From Paraphysomonas bandaiensis (taxonomy: Eukaryota > Protista > Chrysophyceae): a DNA stretch of 64,000 nucleotides. Position 1 is the first letter of the stretch, and each line of letters begins with the position of its first letter. Below are positions 61,835 to 64,000 of the stretch, piece after piece. The notes under the pieces are model-generated. The model did no database searches. It had not been told where the DNA came from and worked only from the letters and a program-made list of their open reading frames with translations. The position numbers were made by a program, and so were the translations under genes. The stretch spans positions 124,001 through 188,000 of the forward strand of contig CBFFRP010000435.1 of NCBI GenBank assembly GCA_965644295.1. Direction: 5' to 3'.

Positions 61835-63993
61835 CTACGCCAAGATATACACGCCTTCGTTCGTGGTTTGTTTTCTATTGGCAAGCTGTCCATGAAAATC
61901 AGTGTCTCATGCAAAAGCGAGCTACACTGAACATATTATCAAACAAAGTAACGATATAGTTCGTGGAAAATTCTCACCTGCACAGAGCACTGTACCGCCA
62001 TAGTGCAAAATGATCGAATGGGACGCATTCGGTGTAGCCATTGTGTTGTTTCTGAGCCTAATTGACTATCTATTGTGGGAGTTTCAGCTTCCACGTACGA
62101 CCTACGTACTGACATGGCTTCAGTAAAAGAAATAGGAGATGGAACTGGGGAAGGAATAGTGACTGGCTCGTTATTGTCACATGAAAATTGATTAACGGGT
62201 GATAATTTCGATGTTTCAGTCTTTTCCACTGCTCTGTCGTCCCATATGCTGCTAATATCATCCTCGTCTTCATTTTCTGCTATGTCTCCATCACTCACAG
62301 CTTTCATAACTTTAATATGTCGAACAGAATTAGTCAAATAGACTTCTTCGTCTACACACCGAATGAAGTTTCTCATACATGCTTTAACTTCTTGCAGAGA
62401 ATTAGCAACTACCGACGACAACGACATGTCACCTTTCCATCCAAATCCTCCTATAAGTACAAGACGCTTAAGCAAAGTTGAACAACTAAAATCTCTATCA
62501 AATCTATATACTACCTGATGGAATCCTTGTTTCAGTAGACACTATCAAATAAGGGCTTTCCACATACAGAGCAATCACTCCAAGAGACACCTTCAGTACG
62601 TATCACAAATCATATACACACCACAGGATCCTTACCTTAACAGTGGTTGCCAATGCAAGGAGACTATTCGCCACATTATTTTTAAATGATCTGCAATGCG
62701 ATAAGCTTGAGAACGATGTACACACTGTGGCTATTTGCACGTATTATTAAATACTCACCGTTCTGCTCTATTCCTGCTGTCAATTCGCATATTCGCATCC
62801 ATGGAGGTCAGTGTAGCTCTCAATCGAGACAGGCGACTTGAAATAACTGCGTAAAATGGGCCCCAGTGATGAGGGAAGACAGACTCCTTCCACAGCAAAC
62901 TCCGTGGGAGCATTGGTACCCAGGATGGTTCCATGCGAAGAAATGGTTGCAATGACACAACTGAAGGTAAATCAAATGCGATACTAGATGTACAATCACA
63001 AAATTTGAAAATAAATACGAGATCTGCTGAGCACGTACTGCATGGAGTATATGTATATCATTCCTACCTCTAGTTATCTTAGCATCAATAGAGTCCAACA
63101 TTTCCATGTGTGGATCAATGGTAGACATTGCACCAAAGACCTTACCCCTACAAATATCAGTCAAAACACAGTCATCTGTCTTCTAAATCAGCTAGTCAGC
63201 ACTACGATATTGGATCTTTGTAGATTACCATGGCAATATCATCGACACACTACTGTGCATAAATCCTGCAAACATTTTACCTGTGGTCATATCGCGGCAG
63301 AGTTTCGCCTATTGCTCGCTGTCTACACACCGCATCCATCCAAGCACCAACACTATGGAGACAAGCAGAGAGATCTTGAGCCGAGGCATGCATACTGGTC
63401 TGTGGGAGAGCGAGCAATGTAGCAAGAAGCAGTGAAATTGCTGCAATGAGTATAGCAATAGTACGCCAGAGAGCTTTTATCAAACCGTTGGAGGGTTGTT
63501 CCCATGATCCTAAATATATGACACCAAACGCCATCTGTACTTGTAGAACTAGATGCCCAGCTTTGCGACGCTTAATTAGTGAGGTAAGGTAGGCCGATCC
63601 ACCTTTCGTAAACCACTGTACAGCAGCCACGAATACTGTAGGAATAACCAAAAGGCATTCACCTTTATAGTTGGGCAGGAGATAAACTGGAATACATAAT
63701 AATACAAATCCACAGAGGCCACCTGTAAGGATGTAACATATTACAAAACATTAGTCACAATAAGCCGTACCCAAACACACTCCTAGTGACCGATATATAG
63801 ACTTGTATATAACCGGACCCAGAGATATATCCTCACCGGTTACAGCTATAATGCACGAAAATAGAGCTACTGTTGCGACTGAATCAAACTTATCTGATAG
63901 ATGATAGTGCATGATGTAATATATGGATACTGAGCCAAATAATACCGCCAGGGCATAGCGAATAACAATTCGCACATGAGGAGTGACAGTCAT
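61835..63993 (-). CDS. FUSC/ArAE/ALMT-like membrane transporter, multi-exon (3' end uncertain)
   Basis: N-terminal TM block IRYALAVLFG..SLGPVIYKSIYRSLGVCLG..ALWRTIAILIA followed by a helical cytoplasmic region. Many short GT-AG introns. Confidence 0.6.
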
Positions 63994-64000
63994 CTATCTA

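Overview
Gene-dense, AT-rich eukaryotic nuclear DNA with short (mostly ~45-70 nt) spliceosomal introns. It probably comes from a flagellated protist, since IFT139/TTC21B is present; a stramenopile is my inference, not proven. I found no rRNA, tRNA or CRISPR array. About 20 host genes are recognisable: a 2OG-Fe(II) oxygenase-like protein, Mpo1/DUF962, TTC21B, a FIT/Scs3-like protein, DUS1, a CAR/GCR1-type GPCR, a secreted Cys-rich protein, Hsp20 head-to-head with mitochondrial Hsp60, DUF268, an F-box-like protein, a MIM-like repeat protein, a TPR+CS co-chaperone, IMPACT/YigZ, an FAD oxidoreductase, pdxH, RPL18A, GGPP synthase, a tandem ABM-membrane protein, a NAK kinase and a FUSC/ALMT-like transporter. 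Between the genes lie islands of nested mobile DNA. These include several hAT elements (two with 8-bp TSDs), a Harbinger fossil, and a four-level nest (hAT > copia solo LTR > copia deletion derivative > intact chromodomain Ty3/gypsy). There is also a 76-unit 28-bp minisatellite with a 980-bp higher-order repeat, and a 142-bp array inside an inverted-repeat element. The most unusual signal is an unclassified retroposon-like family. Its different bodies share one ~190-nt structured 3' module ending ...TTCAA(TA), it makes 12-15-bp TSDs that start with TA, and it repeatedly inserts into its own copies. All alignments were made by eye, and exon boundaries are approximate unless stated.
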